Below, one piece after another: positions 62,980 through 64,000 of a DNA stretch of 64,000 nt. The notes below the pieces were generated by a model, which searched no databases, was not told the DNA's origin, and saw only the letters and a list, made by a program, of their open reading frames with translations. Made by a program: the position numbers and the translations under genes. How positions within the stretch are numbered: the stretch's first letter is position 1; the number at the start of each line of letters is the position of its first letter. The stretch comes from Thalia democratica (lineage: Eukaryota): the NCBI GenBank assembly GCA_965202585.1, contig OZ241827.1, positions 49,042,001 to 49,106,000 on the forward strand. The letters run 5' to 3'.

Positions 62980-63889
62980 ACTGTGACGCCACACTGGTCG
63001 GTTATCGGTGGAACGCTTAGTTGACGTTGGTTCCTGAAAAAGTTGTTTCGGCTGTCTAGTACAATTGCAGTTAATTAGTATTGGTTTCTTGAAACACAGT
63101 TTGAAAAAACACTTTAAAAAACTCATTTTTTAAACTTTATTTTATTAGAAGTATGATTTTAGGGCATTCAGATTTCAAGTTTTATTTACAAAAAATTGTG
63201 TTTTTCTGGTGACAAACAAAAATTAAAAATGTTTTGAATAAGTTTTATGTTTACGTTGTGTACACTTCTTCGAAATATTTTTTTTTAGAAAACAGTATTG
63301 GACTATTTTTGAGATAACTATATTAATTTGTCTTTTGAATTTCTACAATTTTATTTTTTTAAGACAATGAATTTCATATGTATTTAAAAAAAATTTTAAG
63401 ACAACAAGTTAAAAAGGCTTTTAGTTTTTTCATTTAAAAAAGATATGCATTCAAATGAAATTAGAAATTATGTAAATGTTTAGTTCATAAACTTTTTTTA
63501 TAATTTTCTTCTTTTTTTGAGTTCTAAATAGCTGCTATTTTAGTTTTAAATCTTGAAACAAAATAAATTTATATAATGGCTATGAACTTGTCTTTAGTAA
63601 TGATGTGCTATTGGTTTACAGTAGTTATAATATTTCAATTATAGAGTATTAAATTGTGCTACTACAAGTGTTTTATTTTCATAAGAAATAAAAATATTGA
63701 CCATAAATATTGAACTCGTTATTAAATATTGAATTAGGTTTGGTTATTTGTGATTGATTTTTTTTAAAAGTTTGTGTCTTTTATATACACATATATTTTT
63801 ATATATAAGTAACACTTAAATGATTTTTTCATTTTAACTTTTTAAAGGTTTTTTTTACTTAACTTGCTCAACTTAATACAAAGTAAAGT

Positions 63890-63956
63890 ATGTCTTCAAC
63901 TAAGCGACCTTGTCCCATCTTTAGACAAGCAGAGCCTGTGAAGAAAAGCAGAAAAA
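63890..63956 (+). CDS. Probable first coding exon of the next gene (MSSTKRPCPIFRQAEPVKKSRK...)
   Basis: ATG, open frame, GC-elevated, strong donor A|GTAAGT; gene continues beyond the window. Confidence 0.55.
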
Positions 63957-64000
63957 GTAAGTTGAGTTTATGTTGTAAAAATATTAGTGTTTATTTCGTT

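Noticed and set aside
62532-63126. Minus-strand ORFs of 132 and 115 aa and an alternative-frame 69-aa ORF
   Set aside because: Shadow frames of the zinc-finger exon
1-64000. tRNA, rRNA, snRNA or snoRNA genes
   Set aside because: No cloverleaf, rRNA core or convincing C/D or H/ACA pair found by eye; a covariance-model scan would be needed to exclude them

Overview
Very AT-rich animal genomic DNA with spliceosomal GT-AG introns; no prokaryotic features. A tunicate origin is a tentative inference from the LDLa-7TM receptor type. Two intact protein-coding genes are supported. (1) A minus-strand DBHS-family RNA-binding protein gene (NONO/SFPQ/PSPC1-like; RGG leader, two RRMs, NOPS, coiled coil, C-terminal EPKRRY NLS), at least 11 coding exons at 24177-36215. 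(2) A plus-strand gene at 60856-62979 for a coiled-coil protein with two C-terminal zinc fingers. The first coding exon of a probable third gene lies at 63890. The window also holds a decayed multi-LDLa/7TM GPCR pseudogene (about 4.9-7.7 kb), CR1/L2-type LINE relics, several Penelope-like element (PLE) relics and many nested MITEs and foldback elements. Main hunt results: four minimal type-I hammerhead ribozyme (HHR) motifs, two forming the arms of a ~190-bp-arm hairpin at 10.3-10.8 kb; a separate 120-bp copy of that element at 45.5 kb whose homology stops exactly at the predicted self-cleavage site; sharp exon-by-exon GC3 mosaicism inside both genes; and reading-frame gaps that call for unannotated microexons. 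All alignments and counts were done by eye.
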